Positions 11,776-26,244 of a DNA stretch of 64,000 bases are shown here, piece after piece. The position numbers and the translations under genes are program-made. The notes under the pieces are model-generated. The model made no database searches. It saw only the letters and a program-made list of their open reading frames with translations, and was not told the DNA's origin. The first letter of the stretch is position 1, and the number at the start of each line of letters is the position of its first letter. The stretch comes from Octopus sinensis (taxonomy: Eukaryota): contig NC_043005.1 of assembly GCF_006345805.1 (NCBI RefSeq), positions 11,160,001 through 11,224,000 of the forward strand, read 5' to 3'.

Positions 11776-12163
11776 GTGTGGAAGCACTCCGTCGGTTACG
11801 ACGACGAGGGTTCCGGTTGATCCGAATCAACGGAACAGCCTGCTCGTGAAATTAACGTGTAAGTGGCTGAGCACTCCACAGACACGTGTACCCTTAACGT
11901 AGTTCTCGGGGATATTCAGCGTGACACAGAGAGTGACAAGGCCGGCCCTTTGAAATACAGGTACAACAGAAACAGGAAGTAAGAGTGAGAGAAAGTTATG
12001 GTGAAAGAGTACAGCAGGGATCACCACCATCCCCTGTCGGAGCCTCGTGGAGCTTTAGGTGTTTTCGCTCAATAAACACTCACAACGCCCGGTCTGGGAA
12101 TCGAAACCGCGATCCTATGACCGCGAGTCCGCTGCCCTAACCACTGGGCCATTGCGCCTCCAC
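11776..12163 (-). mobile_element. SINE family C, full length
   Basis: Family sequence; 10-bp TSD ACCTTTTGGT. Confidence 0.92.
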
Positions 12164-13537
12164 ACCTTTTGGTATTAATAGTTCTCCATCGGTAATGATC
12201 AATATTCAGTTTATTACTGCTGAGGAGAAAGGAGAAGTGGTGGCAACATGGGATTTTCTGGCGAGGGAAAAAAGCACTTCTAAGGTAGAAAAATTCAAGG
12301 AATTGTAGTTGCAGTAGAATGGATATAAGACCCATATCGCCAAGTTACTGTTACCGGTTTGTTTTACAGATGTTACAAATCTGAGCAATATGATCAAATG
12401 CCTTTCAATTAAAACCCCCTCGATCTTCACTCGGATATTGCATATCTAGGAATACACTACAATATCCAGTGTCTCCCTCCTCTTTTCAAAGCGATTGTAT
12501 GCCATTCAGTAGATATTTGGCTGTTATTTCTAGCAGGTTGAATTACTTTATGGAAGCTCCCTTGTGAATTTAATGCTGAATTAATAATGATGAATTTAGC
12601 GCATTCATCAAATACATGCAGTATTAAATCTGACAAGGAAACCTCTACGGAGTCATTCAGTCTACTAGAAGTAGCAGCTAAATGTATTTGCTTGTAGTAC
12701 ATGCAATATTTCAATTAATTAATGAAAAATTATATTTGCTTTTCTTACGCAACACCCTCCCTCGTACTTGGTAACTCCGAGTGTGTGACGTCTCTCGGGA
12801 TAGTTGCAGTCTCCTATACATCAAGTCGACTCTTTTGCTGATTCTCTGTTAGATATTTTAATATCTCGGATATTCTATATGATGGGAGCTAATGCAGGTT
12901 ACAGCTTCTTCTGAATAGGAATAAGATTCTTATTGAAGTTAAGTAATTCCCAAAGAGCCTTCAGAAATAAGATCTTCATTGAAGCAAATCTTTCCTCTGA
13001 GATTGAGAACTTCCTGCAAATTAGATTTTTCCCGAGAGAATCTATACGTAGGAAACATTTATCCGATACCGATATTATTAAAATTATGCTTCATCGCCAA
13101 CTTTAAGTATATAAATAAAATTTTGCTAAAATTCTAAATAAAATTATATAAACCATATTATATTATCTCCCGCTTTTAATCTCATATATTCTCTAATATT
13201 TTAGAATTTATAAACAAATATGTTTCTGAGCAATTTTTATTTGCATTTTTTATATTTCCCACTTACAAGATTCAGTGAGTGTAAAGAAACAAAGAGATCC
13301 ATTCTTAAAGTTGCAATGGATCGTGGAGGCTGTGTATGTGAAGGATGAGGTGCGGGAAAAAGAGAGCGAAAGAGAGAGAGGGAGAAGGAAAGAAGCTAAA
13401 AAAGTAAGGGATATCACAGTGCATATTGTGAAATCCGAAGCTGAATAACATCACATCAATTAGGGATAGAAAACTGAAAGATAAACGAAACAAAAGTAAT
13501 GAAGACACATGCATATATATATATATATAATATATAT

Positions 13538-13596
<59 letters not shown>

Positions 13597-14182
13597 ATAT
13601 ATATATACACACACGCAAACATTTATAAATACACACATACACATACTCACACACATACGTACGCTCACACACACTTATACTATCACATATGTATGCGTCC
13701 ATATACATGCTATAACGTGTTTTTGTTAAGAGAGTAACTCGGTGTTTTATATACTGCATCGATGACGTATGCTTCATAAAACAAACAAACAAACAGAATA
13801 TGTCATCGTTGTTACTACGGTCGTATCTACTGCTACCACTATTATGGCTACAGTTATTGTATGGGAATCAATTATGAAGTTGGCATGCATCACAAGGTAC
13901 ATCTTTGTATTTTTGCCATTGCTGTAATGTTTCTTATAGGCAATAAACATACTGGTTTAAATGAAATAAACAGATGTCTGTTTATTCATATTTCTCCAAA
14001 CAGAAAAAAGAAAAAAAAGAGAAACTCGACCAATTTCGGTCCTTGTTGGAAACTTCTTTTTAAGGCTCATACTCTGCTTTCCTGGTCATGGAAAGATCCA
14101 GAGTTAAGTTGTAACTTTCCGCATAAGCTGTGTGTATTCTGCCTTCTCTGCTTACGGAAAGATTTAGAGCAAAGATCTGTTA

Positions 14183-14705
14183 TTGGGTTGTCCGGAAAGT
14201 TCGTGCCGATTTTTAAAGGAAAGAAAAAGGTCAATAAATAGTTGCCATTACATTTTTAATCAACCAAATATGAACCATTTTGTTGCACAATGCGTCTCCA
14301 TATTTCCTTTAACTTGAAAATACCCTCTTCCCAGAAATGAGGTGGTTTCATGGTAAAGAATTCATGAAGGTATCTTTTTACGTCATCCAAGGAATTGAAA
14401 TTTTTACCATTAAGACTATTCTGCTGAGACCTGAATAAGTGGAAATCTGAAGGAGTAATATCTGGTGAATATGGAGGGTTCCCAAAGCATCAAATTCCGA
14501 AAATGAACTTTCTTACCTTCCATTTTAAAGGGTTACAAAATTAACACAGGTTATAGGAACATAAACCTTCTTCTACGAAAAGATAGTTTAAACTGTGCTC
14601 TAAATGGAGGTGTAGTCAAATCCTATTTTATGGACTCAGCCATGTTCTAAAATAAGTCGAAAGGTAAGCTGCTATAAATCGGCACGAACTTTCCGGACAA
14701 CCCAA
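14183..14705 (-). mobile_element. Internally deleted mariner element retaining the transposase C-terminus
   Basis: TIRs TTGGGTTGTCCGGAAAGTTCGTGCCGATTT at both ends; TA on the left; minus strand encodes PPYSPDITPSDFHLFRS...IVQQNGSYLVD* (YSPDL-type motif). Confidence 0.92.
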
Positions 14706-15337
14706 TGATTTTATGTCTTATTAATGGCAGAGAAATCAAGATACGTTGCTTCTTTGTAATGTTCCAACTAATTGTCAAGTTAATGTTACTTTTTCGGCCC
14801 ACGGAAACATTAACAAGTAGACGAATGTTTACATTTGTCCTAGTGTGTTCATAAGACAAATAAACATGGCATTATAGCAACGGCTACAACGTAAGCTATA
14901 CCTTGTAATATATTTGATATTATTCAAATATGGCGTTTAGTTCATCACCAATGAATCAAATGTGATTGGAGAGAATATGACAAGTAAAGTCGACATGGTT
15001 CATATTGGCTTCATAGGTGGGTGTTTATGGAATGATATTTAGCAGCTTTGAATTTGTTCAGGGAACCGGCTTTATTTTCTGCTTTCCTTTCTTAAAAAAT
15101 GCTTTTGCAACATACAAAAGCAACGATATATTTTATGACATTTCACGTGTTTCTTGTTTTTTTTTTTCTGCCACTGAGCACATGACAAGATAGGGAAACA
15201 CAGGTGGATCAAAGAAGAGGAATTTATCTCGGCAAGTTTTAGATACTAATTCCAGACGTTTCCCTATTGTTCTGGTCTCATCAATGTTACAATAATACTA
15301 TGTATGACCAAAACGAGATTATAATATCACTGTATTT

Positions 15338-15524
15338 CCTTCGGTCATGAATGACCATGGGATTGCACCGAGAAAGTTATCCTCTTAGGCACAAGTCTGG
15401 GCAAGGTTGTTTATGGAAGACCAGCAGTTGCCCTACCTGCGACACCGATGTTATCCAAAGGAAAGACAAAGGCCGATTTAGCTTGGCACCAGCGCCATCG
15501 CAACTCATTTCTACAGCTGAGGTA
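15338..15524 (-). mobile_element. SINE family D, 3' fragment
   Basis: Reverse complement of about 26690-26885. Confidence 0.75.
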
Positions 15525-16575
15525 AAGGTCGGATTAATCAGATTGTCTTTAGATTAGCCCCACCCTGCATGCACAATTCCAATTTTAATCAATTGAAATT
15601 TCAATAGCATCGATCCTTTAGACTTTCTAAGGTTTTAGAGCTATCGCCCTAACTAAAATACGGAAATGTTCCACCGTTCTAACACCAGTAATCATAGTTC
15701 AAAATCTATTATATCAACGGTAATAGATCGGCAAAATACTGCTTTTTACTCAACTTACTTTAGATAACATCTAGAGCGAAAGAACAGACACAAATGGAAG
15801 TAACCATTGCTTGTCTTATTCAGATCTAAGCTCTGATTCAATATTTACCCCTAACCAACGAAGGGAAACATTTCACTGTGCAAGATTTTCATGCTCTTCA
15901 AATTGTCTTGTCATTGATTTAACTTGTCTCCTATGAGAAAATCACCCATGCGACATTTCCTATTCGTCATTAACTTAGATATATTATACAGCAGGGGGAA
16001 AGTGACATTAGTTGTGATGCTTAGATATTTATCAATACACTGCAAGTTGTTATGGCGAGACTGTAATATCTTATAAGCTAAATAATGCAATGACTGCGCT
16101 TCAGATGTTCAAATGTGTCACAAAAAGAAAAGTTGTTTTGATTTCTTGTCTTTTTATTTTCTTTCTGTTTCATTTCTGTTTAAAGTCGACAGTTAGTTTG
16201 CAATGATGGGTGTGAGATAAACTAGTTAGTTGCTAATGATTGAATTAGTTTCAGGTGAATAATGTAGGGTAGCTGAGTTGAAGTAAGAAAGCAAACTCAC
16301 AAACAAGCAATACAAATATATAATAACAAAAGAAGAAAAAAACGTGAGAAAGAAAGACGAAAGGGAGAAGATATGAAGATGATTAATAAGATAATCAATA
16401 AGAATACAAGTGATAGACAGATGGAAAATGTTTGGTTGGCACAAAACAGGCTGAAGTTATTTAGCGCCCACTCGCACCTCCCACCCCTCACACAAAACAA
16501 TAACAAAACAGCGAAAGCAAACGCACGCGCACGCATGCGCCGCGTGCACACACGCACGTACACGTACATATATGC

Positions 16576-16618
<43 letters not shown>

Positions 16619-16698
16619 ATATACATACACACACACACACAGATACATATGTGTGTGTATGTGTATAAACATAAATCCGATATACACAAAGAAATGTC

Positions 16699-16750
<52 letters not shown>

Positions 16751-16767
16751 CCATGTATATATGTATA

Positions 16768-16827
<60 letters not shown>

Positions 16828-17000
16828 CACACATGTATTTCTCGTATTTTTCTCTACTCCCCCCCGCACATATAGAAAGTAGAGAGAGTGAGAGAGAGAG
16901 AAAGAGAGAGAGAGAGAGGGAGAGAGAGAGAATGAGTCTGTCTGTGCGTGTTTGGGTAATTGTGGGTACATCTATGTAGCTCTCTCTGTTTGTCTCTCTC

Positions 17001-17075
<75 letters not shown>

Positions 17076-17520
17076 TATATAATATGTGTGTATGCATCTT
17101 TATATGCGTATATACGTGTCTATATATGTATATATATATGTAAGTGTATTCGCTAAAATTGAGTATTATCTGAGAAAACATTCATTGCCACCAACAAAGA
17201 TATCTTGAGACAAAAGTCTTGCGAAAAACATCGTCTGGTTGTCTACCGTTTAATCTTTCTATGGCGGGATAGGTGACAGAAAAAGAGATTCTAATGAAAA
17301 ACAACATTGTCATGTTTTATTTGTTCTACAAGTCATCTCCTATTCCTTTTTATTTCCTTCTATGTTTTTGTATGTGTTTATATACCTATCTATTGTTGTA
17401 ACTATTAATAAGATATATCTATCAATCTATCTATTAAAAGGTTGTAATACCATGTTGGTTATTATATGTTGCGTAGAGTGAGATAAGAGTTATGCACGCG
17501 CACAGAGCACACACAAACAG

Positions 17521-17606
<86 letters not shown>

Positions 17607-17862
17607 CGTGTATGTGAGTATATCTTTGCGTAAACATAAAAGTATTTATCAATATATAATTGTTATCTTGGTTTTTTTGGCTGTCAATTTCTAATCGGCG
17701 CACGCGTTGCCGTGTGGTTAAGAAATTCACTTCACAGCCACGTAGATTCGGGTTCAACTTCACTATATGTGAACTAATACTTGTGTCTTTTAATATAACA
17801 CCGGACCGACGACAGCTATGTGAGTCGATAAGATAGACGGAAACAGAAAGAAACCCATACAT

Positions 17863-18277
17863 AAGGTGGCGAGCTGGCAGAAACGTTAGCGAACCGGACG
17901 AAATGCTTAGCGGTATTTCGTCTGCCGTTACGTTCTGAGTTCAAGTTCCGCCGAGGTCGACTTTGTCTTTCATCCTGTCGGGGTCGATAAATTAAGTACT
18001 AGTTACGCACTGAAGTCGATATAATCGACTTAATCTATTTGTCTGTCCTTTTTTGTCCTCTCTGTGTTTAGCCCCTTGTGGGTAGTAAAGAAATAGGTAT
18101 TTCGTCTGCCGTTACATTCTGAATTCAAATTTCGCCGAGGTCGACTTTGCCTTTCATCCTGTCGGGGTCGATAAATTAAGTTCCAGTTACGCATTAGGGT
18201 CGATGTAATCGACTTAATCCCTTTGTCTGTCTTTATTTGTTCCCTCTATGTTTAGCCCCTTGTGGGCATAAAGAAAT
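17863..18277 (+). mobile_element. SINE family A dimer (one head, two bodies)
   Basis: Junction AAAGAAATA|GGTATTTCGTC at 18095/18096; 15-bp TSD AAGAAAC(C/T)CATACAT. Confidence 0.9.
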
Positions 18278-18781
18278 AAGAAACTCATACATGCTTATGT
18301 ACATACACAGGTGGAACATTCTCATTAAAACATTAGTCAAGTGTAAGAATAACAAGCTGGACATTGCTGTTTGGGACAAACGAGAAAAAGTATGTACCGT
18401 ATATACCAATAATTATTGATGAACTGATTTTTGTGAGTAAATACCTAAGTAACAATATAGATAAACTAGGGTTTTCAGACAAAACAAATCAATCAGTTAA
18501 CTCGCACATTATGATTAGAATCAGTAAGTGGAAGAGTAAAAATATGCAAGATTTTTCTCAAGTTTAAAATGTGATATTGATTTTTTTTATCTACATTCCA
18601 ACCATGGAGCTTTGTATCTTTGTCAAAAACCAGCTCCTTCCTCAGAGAAAGAATTTAAAGAACTAAAAACAGAAGAGAACATATAAACACATACACACAT
18701 AAATACATACACATACACACACACACACGTATGTATATGTGTGTATATGAGTGGATGTGTATATAAATAAATAAAGATACA

Positions 18782-18863
<82 letters not shown>

Positions 18864-18919
18864 CAACATTTGCCGTACCGGACCGCTGCAATCTACAAGC
18901 TTTTTTTTTATCCTCTCTC

Positions 18920-19064
18920 TGTTTATTTTTCTGTCATTCCTTGTTGAAGAGCATAGGCTCGAAACGTAAAAGACTTTCTCACTTTCCCGAGTGTCAAACT
19001 AATACACTTGCTTGTTACTAATACACCTGTCTTCGTGTTTGTCTTTTGTCTTTCTATAAATTTC

Positions 19065-19070
<6 letters not shown>
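18920..19070 (+). mobile_element. Possible Penelope-type terminal repeat remnant with degenerate hammerhead
   Basis: TTGAAGAGC-ATAG-GCTC-GAAACGTA; ends in (TA)n; core imperfect. Confidence 0.35.
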
Positions 19071-19100
<30 letters not shown>

Positions 19101-19106
<6 letters not shown>

Positions 19107-19407
19107 ATCACGTGACCGACCAGGCTATCAGATGTTGCTACACACCGCTAGTCACAATGCGCTTCGCATTGTTTTAGCCTTCAAATGACGCCACCCCGCT
19201 GGCTAAGCGAGCCGGCCAACAGAAGAAAGAGCGAGAGAAAGTTGCGGCGAAAGAGTACAGCAGGGATCACCACCACCTCCTGCCAGAGCCTCGCGTAGCT
19301 TGAGGTGTTTTCGCTCAATAAACACTCACAACGCGCGGTCTGGGAATCGAAACCGCGACCCTAATACCGTGAGTCCGCTACCCTAACCACTGGGCCATTG
19401 CGCCTCC
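19101..19407 (-). mobile_element. SINE C2: family C head with a different 3' half
   Basis: About 19230-19407 matches the family C 5' region; 19101-19230 does not match the family C tail. Confidence 0.8.
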
Positions 19408-19811
19408 ATACACACAAACACACGCGCTCACACACGCATATATGAGTATGTGTGTTTGTTATCTCCTTGTTTTGACATGGCGCAATGTTCATAAATGACC
19501 GTCCCTATCATGCAAGTGGTGCCCTGTCTGATCGTGGAATATCTTCCGTAACAAATTCCGTCCGACACATTAAGACATTTATGTACAATGTTTTAATTGA
19601 TAACATTTTGCAGGGAACGCTTGCTCCAATCCGTTTTTTTAAAATCCTCTGCTAAGTTATTTTAAGGGAGAATCGAAAACCATCCGCGGTGGAATGTGGT
19701 TGCTTTTCTGTCTTAGTTCTTTGTAGAGATGTTTGTGTTCTTTTCACCATGATGTTAAAATTCTGCGTGGGAATCAGACCGATGCAGATTTAGTCCAAAT
19801 GTCATGATGAC

Positions 19812-20205
19812 TTTACTCTTTTTTACTTGTTTCAGTCATTTGACTGCGGCCATGCTGGAGCACTACCTTTAATCGAGAAACTCAACCCCGGGACTTATTC
19901 TTTGTACTTATTCTATCGGTCTCTTTTGCCGAACCTCTAAGTGACGGGGACATAAACACACCAGCATCGGTTGTCAAGCAATGCTAGGGGAACAAACACA
20001 GACACACAAACACACACGCACATACATACATATACATATATACGACGGGCTTCTTTCAGTTTCCGTCTACCAAATCCACTCACAAGGCTTTGGTCGGCCC
20101 GAGGCTATAGTAGAAGACACTTGCCCAAGGTGTCACGCAGTGGGACTGAACCCGGAACTATGTGGTTGGTAAGCAAGCTACTTACCACACAGCCACTCCG
20201 GCGCC
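19812..20205 (-). mobile_element. SINE family B, full length
   Basis: Family motifs. Confidence 0.9.
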
Positions 20206-20815
20206 TGTCAAAGATTAAAACTGAGCAGAGTTATTTAAGCATGGAAATAGGGTTCAGTGATGAATTCTTCAGCAGAAACCCCGTTGACACTGAGAAAAGA
20301 TCCCAAGATAGAAATTTCTAAAGAACTTCAAAAAAATATGGTTCCTGAGAGAAATGGAAAAAAAAAGCTAATACTGATACGTGAAGATCACATGTCAATA
20401 AGAACGAAGACAAATTTACTGAAATTTTGAAGAGGTTTCGACATCAGGAAGCTGGGAATTGTGTACTCAATACTCCCGGCTGAAGTGGGAAGACGTCCTT
20501 GATCTGTCTGTTACTTGCCAAAGTCCACCAATATCAAAGCATAGCTTTGCACTTACTTCTTCAGGTGTTGGGGTTACATTCCTTCCTGGAGGGAAGGATG
20601 TATAACACATTCTGTGTTAAAGCTATTCTTGTGCATGGGTAAAAGTGATGTACAAGTGTACAATATTACCAAGAATTCAAAGTCTGAACAAGCGTTTGAG
20701 AGACATCAAATAATTGTCTGGTATGAATGCGCAATAACACAGAAGAGAGCTCTGGAGAGACAAGACAAACATTGCAGGAACTGACTGAGAATATTTCTCA
20801 AATAGGATAAGTAAG

Positions 20816-20968
20816 CGTAGGAGTGGCTGTGTGCTTACGAACCACATGGTTCCGGGTTCACTCCCACTGCATGGCACCTTGGGCAAGTGTCTTCTACTAT
20901 AGCCTCGGGTCGACCAAAGCCTTGTTAGTGGAATATGTATATATATATATATGTATATATATGTATGC

Positions 20969-21020
<52 letters not shown>

Positions 21021-21234
21021 GCATGTTGGTGTGTGTGTGTTTGTTCCCGTAGCATTGCTTGACAACCGATGCTGGTGTGTTTACGTCCCCGTAACTTAGC
21101 GGTTCGGCAAAAGAGACCGATAGAATAAGTACTAGGCTTACAAAGAATAAGTCCTGGGCTCGATTTGCTCGACTAAAGGCGGTGCTCCAGCATGGCCTCA
21201 GTCAAATGACTGAAACAAGTAAAAGAATAAAAGA
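20816..21234 (+). mobile_element. SINE family B, near full length
   Basis: Family motifs; head-to-head with the 19812-20205 copy. Confidence 0.9.
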
Positions 21235-21421
21235 GGTGATTCCATCAGAACATATCAGCTATCCCAAAATGCATAAAAAGCGATAAAATCCGTGCTTGCT
21301 TTCCTTGGCCCAAGGTGTGCATCGCTTTGGATCAAAAATTGAAATCTTCAAACTGAGTACAAGCATGAGCATGTCATTCTTTTGGAGATTAGCTGTCCAG
21401 ACAATTTGCTGAAAATTTATT

Positions 21422-21804
21422 GAAAGCACTCCGTCGGTTGCGACGATGAGAGTTCCGGTTCATCCGAATCAACGGAACAGCCTGCTCGTGAAATTAACGT
21501 GTAAGTGGCTGAGCACTCCACAGACACGTGCACCCTCAACGTAGTTCTCGGGGATATTCAGCGTGACACAGAGAGTGACAAGGTCGGCCCTTTGAAATAC
21601 AGGTACAACAGAAACAGGAAGTAAGAGTGAGAGGAAGTTGTGGTGAAAGAGTACAGCAGGGATCACCACCATCCCCTGCCAGAGCCTCGTGGATCTTTAG
21701 GTGTTTTCGCTCAATAAACACTCACAACGCCCGGTCTGGGAATCGAAACCGCGATCCTATGACCGCGAGTCCGCTGCCCTAACCACTGGGCCATTGCGCC
21801 TCCA
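21422..21804 (-). mobile_element. SINE family C, full length
   Basis: 13-bp TSD CTGAAAA(T/C)TTATT. Confidence 0.92.
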
Positions 21805-22356
21805 CTGAAAACTTATTACAGGTTAGAGGATAATGATTTTCGGTAATGATGTCTATATCTAGATTTTATAAGCAGAGGATAAGGCAGCAGACAAACTGAT
21901 ACTAAAACTGCTCTCTGAACTTCAAAATTTTTACCTAACACACACGTAGCTCTGTGAAAGAACTATAATTGCACTCAGTATTACTATCAACGGCATCAAC
22001 TATTTTCTGTTGCCGGCAGTTCCAGGAATAAGTCATACGTGCAAAGTAATGTAGTCGTTTGTAGATCAGAAAGAAGTAATTACCAAGCCAGCAGGATTTT
22101 AAAAAGTTTCGGGAATCTTCTATATCGTGAACGTTAAAACTTTGCTGTGTCAATCACTAAATTCCGATGAAGAACGTTTGGAAATAATTCTTTTTCAGAC
22201 TTGTTGGAGCTGATCAACTGTGACTTCCATCTGTGATTTTATATATAATCTGTATTTATTTTAGATTGGATATAAGGAGTTTATTTATATAAAGGTAGGG
22301 CGGCACGTGTTCTTTGCTGCTATCTCAAACTTCTTAGAATGATGACTGGGTATTCT

Positions 22357-22584
22357 TATTTCTTTATTGCCCACAAGGGGCTAAACACAGAGGGGACAAA
22401 CAAGGAGAGACAAAGGGATTAAGTCGATTACATCGACCCCAGTGCGTAACTGGTACTCAATTTATCGACCCCGAAAGGGTGAAAGGCAAAGTCGACCTCG
22501 GCGGAATTTGAACTCAGAACGCAGCGGCGGACGAAATACCACAAAGCATTTCGCCCCGCTTGCTAACGTTTCTGCCAGCTCGCC
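22357..22584 (-). mobile_element. SINE family A monomer
   Basis: 13-bp TSD GACTGGGTATTCT. Confidence 0.92.
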
Positions 22585-23169
22585 GACTGGGTATTCTACA
22601 ATGATGACAGAATTCTCAAAGCTTGTTACATCTGCATGGTACACTGCTAGGTATAGTTGCGGAGCTCTTGAAATATGTCAGCACTAAAAGATAGCCAGCT
22701 TGTAGTTTCTCTTCTGGTACAGCATATGACTGCATTGTCCAACGAGTCTTCCATCTTTTAAAATATTAAGAAGTTTTTGACTTGATGAAAATTTGTTTGA
22801 TATTTCTAGCAGGTTTGAATGGTTGCATGGAAGTTCCTTCTCTTGTACCTATTTACAGTTAGGTCAAATGAGTCACTTTTTGTTAGATATCATTGCAAGA
22901 TATAGTGGCAAGATACAACGTTTTTACAATTCACCTGGTAATCCTATACCCTATTAAGTTATATATCAAAAAAGAAAAAAAGAAGCTTTCAAATGAACAA
23001 AGTAACAAGATAACCGACCCACACAAAGCGATCATTCACCAAACACCAAATATCAGGCAAATCTCCCTAATAGCACATCCTCTCATTTTCATGTGCTTTA
23101 TACCTACAGGCATTGGCTGACATGAAACTCCGTGTCTGCCTGTCCTACTTACAACTTAGCATCTTACTG

Positions 23170-23410
23170 AGACAGTCTTTATAGAGCCAGTAAGTCAAGT
23201 AATCGAGTATCATTCTCTCTGTCTTCTGTGGCTCCATCCTATCAGCTTCCCAGATGTCACTAAGTGCTTAAGGCTTTTTCCTCATATACGATGTCCAATG
23301 AAACTGAATCTGTTGTCTTGTGCTGTTGAGAAGTTTTCAAGTAGTCTTTGCTTGTCTGAGAAGTTCAATGTTTGACTCTCAACTACATTGGATACGTTCA
23401 GCATTCATAT
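23170..23410 (-). mobile_element. Highly decayed RTE-type LINE fragment
   Basis: Minus strand RMLNVS..NIELLRQA resembles the RTE motif RRMLKISW..NEEVLRR; frameshifted. Confidence 0.35.
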
Positions 23411-24182
23411 AACGAACCACGACTCTGCAACACCAATGAGCTTTTGTAATTGTTTGTATGTGAGGATGGTTTTTAATTACGCCCCCAAAGAGTCATTACA
23501 TCCTACCGTCTTAAAAGGAGGCAGAACACATTCCTGAATAATACGATACTGACAAAATAAATAGATAAATAAATAAATAATGATGTAGTGGTGACAACAG
23601 AATCACTTTTGATCACAATTCTAACACAATATAGACTATAGGTATAAAACAATAACAATTAGATTATTTGTCTAATAGCAGAAAGCTGTGTGAATCTAGC
23701 CAAACCTTGAATATTTAATATTTTATCTGCAGAAATTTTTAAATCACCAATTCATGATTGTAATGCAGTATTTTCTTGTTGTTTCTTTTTAAATGTTTTC
23801 TAGCTTTTAGCTTCTATTTTTTTTATTCTACACCAATCGGTTTAACAGAAACCAGGCTGTTTGAAATTGTTATTTAGTTCAATAGTTCACATGTAAATTT
23901 AATTAATTTGCATTCCAGACGATACAGCAATTTCACACTATCCGCAGGCTCAGTTTAATTATCGGAAAAAATCGAAAGAAAACCCTAAATCCCTCTTCTT
24001 TGAAAACAATTTAAAGATCATAATTTAACACTTCTGGCAAATATCTAACTTTTTTTTTTGCATTCGTGTACGTACGTGCAAGTGTGTGTGTGTGTGAGTG
24101 TGTGTGAGTGTGTGTGAGTGCTTGTGTGTGTGAATGTGTGTGAGTGCTTGTGTGTTTGTGTGTTTAATACGGTTTGTAGTTA

Positions 24183-24282
24183 NNNNNNNNNNNNNNNNNN
24201 NNNNNNNNNNNNNNNNNNNNNNNNNNNNNNNNNNNNNNNNNNNNNNNNNNNNNNNNNNNNNNNNNNNNNNNNNNNNNNNNNN
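24183..24282. other. Assembly gap (100 N)
   Basis: N run. Confidence 1.
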
Positions 24283-25070
24283 AGAGAGAAAGAGAGGGAG
24301 AGGGAGAGAGGAAGGGAGAGAGGAGAGAGAGGAAGGAGTGGAGAGAGGAAGGGTGAGAGAGAAGAAAAGGAAAAGTAATTCCGATTGAGAAAAAAAAAGA
24401 GAAATTCTTTCACTCCCAAAAGTCAGTGTTTTTTTTTTGTTTTTTCGTCTCCACGTTCTACAAACTTATATGATGAACTCCTCAACTTCACTGTATATTT
24501 TTTGCTTATGCAGAGAGCAAACAGTGCCAAATCAGGAAGCAGGAACTTCCATCAGGCGCTACTCACCCCAGAAAATCGCATCCAGCTCTGACAAGCCTCC
24601 AGTTTTCTAGAACTCTATGTATTGCGGTGTATCTAAATTTACATTATCTAAAGCGTCCTCCGATTCTTGTGTAAATAAATAAATGAATAAATAAATAAAG
24701 TTAGATTGTGTGGAAGCTAGTGTTCCGCAACATAAATAAGACCATGTGTCGTAAGAAGATGAGAAACACGACATTTCCAGACAAATCCTTTGAAGTTTTG
24801 AAGCCAGTGTGGGATTTAATGAAATTTGTCTTTTTTTTTTTAAACCAGGTCAATTTATGGTATATGACCACATTGCTGAAAATAGTTAATAAAAACTACC
24901 TTTACTTTCATCCAATGACAATTAGCCTTATCTAGAAGCCGTGAACACCGCATCACTTAGCTTTGAATCGTCTGAACGATCAGACACGCTTTTTGCTTCA
25001 GAGAAACTTTCAATTATATAACTCTGAGTCAAATTATTAGTGTACACACACATACATACACACACACGCA

Positions 25071-25143
<73 letters not shown>

Positions 25144-25392
25144 CTCACACGTACAAAAGGTTCCCGCACACATTCACACACAGGTATATAATTTTTGTAT
25201 ATTTTTTTTCTCGGAAGAGTCTTGATATGAAATCGTGTGCTCTGTCATTAAAAACACAGACATATATTACGATTCAACTGTTTACTTATTGATTAATGTG
25301 CCAATTTTTTTTTCTTTAGACGCCTGCAGCATTTTCAATGAGTATTCTAACCGCTTTGTTGTCTGGGTGTCTAGTATATATATATATATATT

Positions 25393-25441
<49 letters not shown>

Positions 25442-26244
25442 TATGTAAGTGGTACTTGAGATAATGGTAGTGGTGATGATGGTGATGGGGGTTATAGCAA
25501 TAGTTTCATATGTACAAGTATTTTTTTTTATGTTTACGTATGTAGATACCGAACCACGTTGACATACGTGAAGGTAGGCACACCTTCATTGGAAACAACG
25601 AGTGTGATAGACTTACACATATACAACAAAGCAACGGCAACAACAACAGCAATAACTGCACCACCCATCCTATAATATATACAAATAAGCTACAGCAATA
25701 TTAGAAACATTTAAGAATTTGATTTCTGGCATTAAAGAAATTACAAAAGCTACCCGCTGTCATAACCATATACAATCCTGTTGTTTTAATATTATCTCAC
25801 ACTCACTCCGTACTAAATGCTCCAGCATGGAGTTTCTATAGTGTGCTGAGGTGAAGTCGTAGACCGCAGTGAAAGAACCATCGCTTCCTCCCCCAAGCAA
25901 ATCACAATATGCAGCGCCGAAATTCGAGCTTTTTTGATATTTTAGAATTTTCTTGACGTTCTATAAATATCATAGTTTGAATATTTAGAGTTCTTCTCTA
26001 CTTGCACTGTGTGCAAATGATCCTCTGTTTTTATAAATATTTCACCAGCATTTGAAAACTATTAGTAGATGGTTAAATTAGTGTGAGAAAGCAATACCAA
26101 TGAAAACCATGAAGTGCGTATTCATTTTCCGTTCTGTGAGATTTAGATGCTAATATGGTTTTCATTCTTGGATTGCGTCTTCGGAGAATAACTCCTTTTA
26201 GACAATGTGTTTTCATGTCACACACACATCAGAAACGTAGTGGA

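Noticed and set aside
12804-13104. ~100-codon frame interrupted by one TGA (possible alternative code or NUMT)
   Set aside because: No similarity to mitochondrial proteins that I recognise; this length is expected by chance in a 64-kb window.
24511-25020. Possible terminal exons after TTATGCAG and TTATCTAG acceptors
   Set aside because: Short, no homology recognised and no partner exons.
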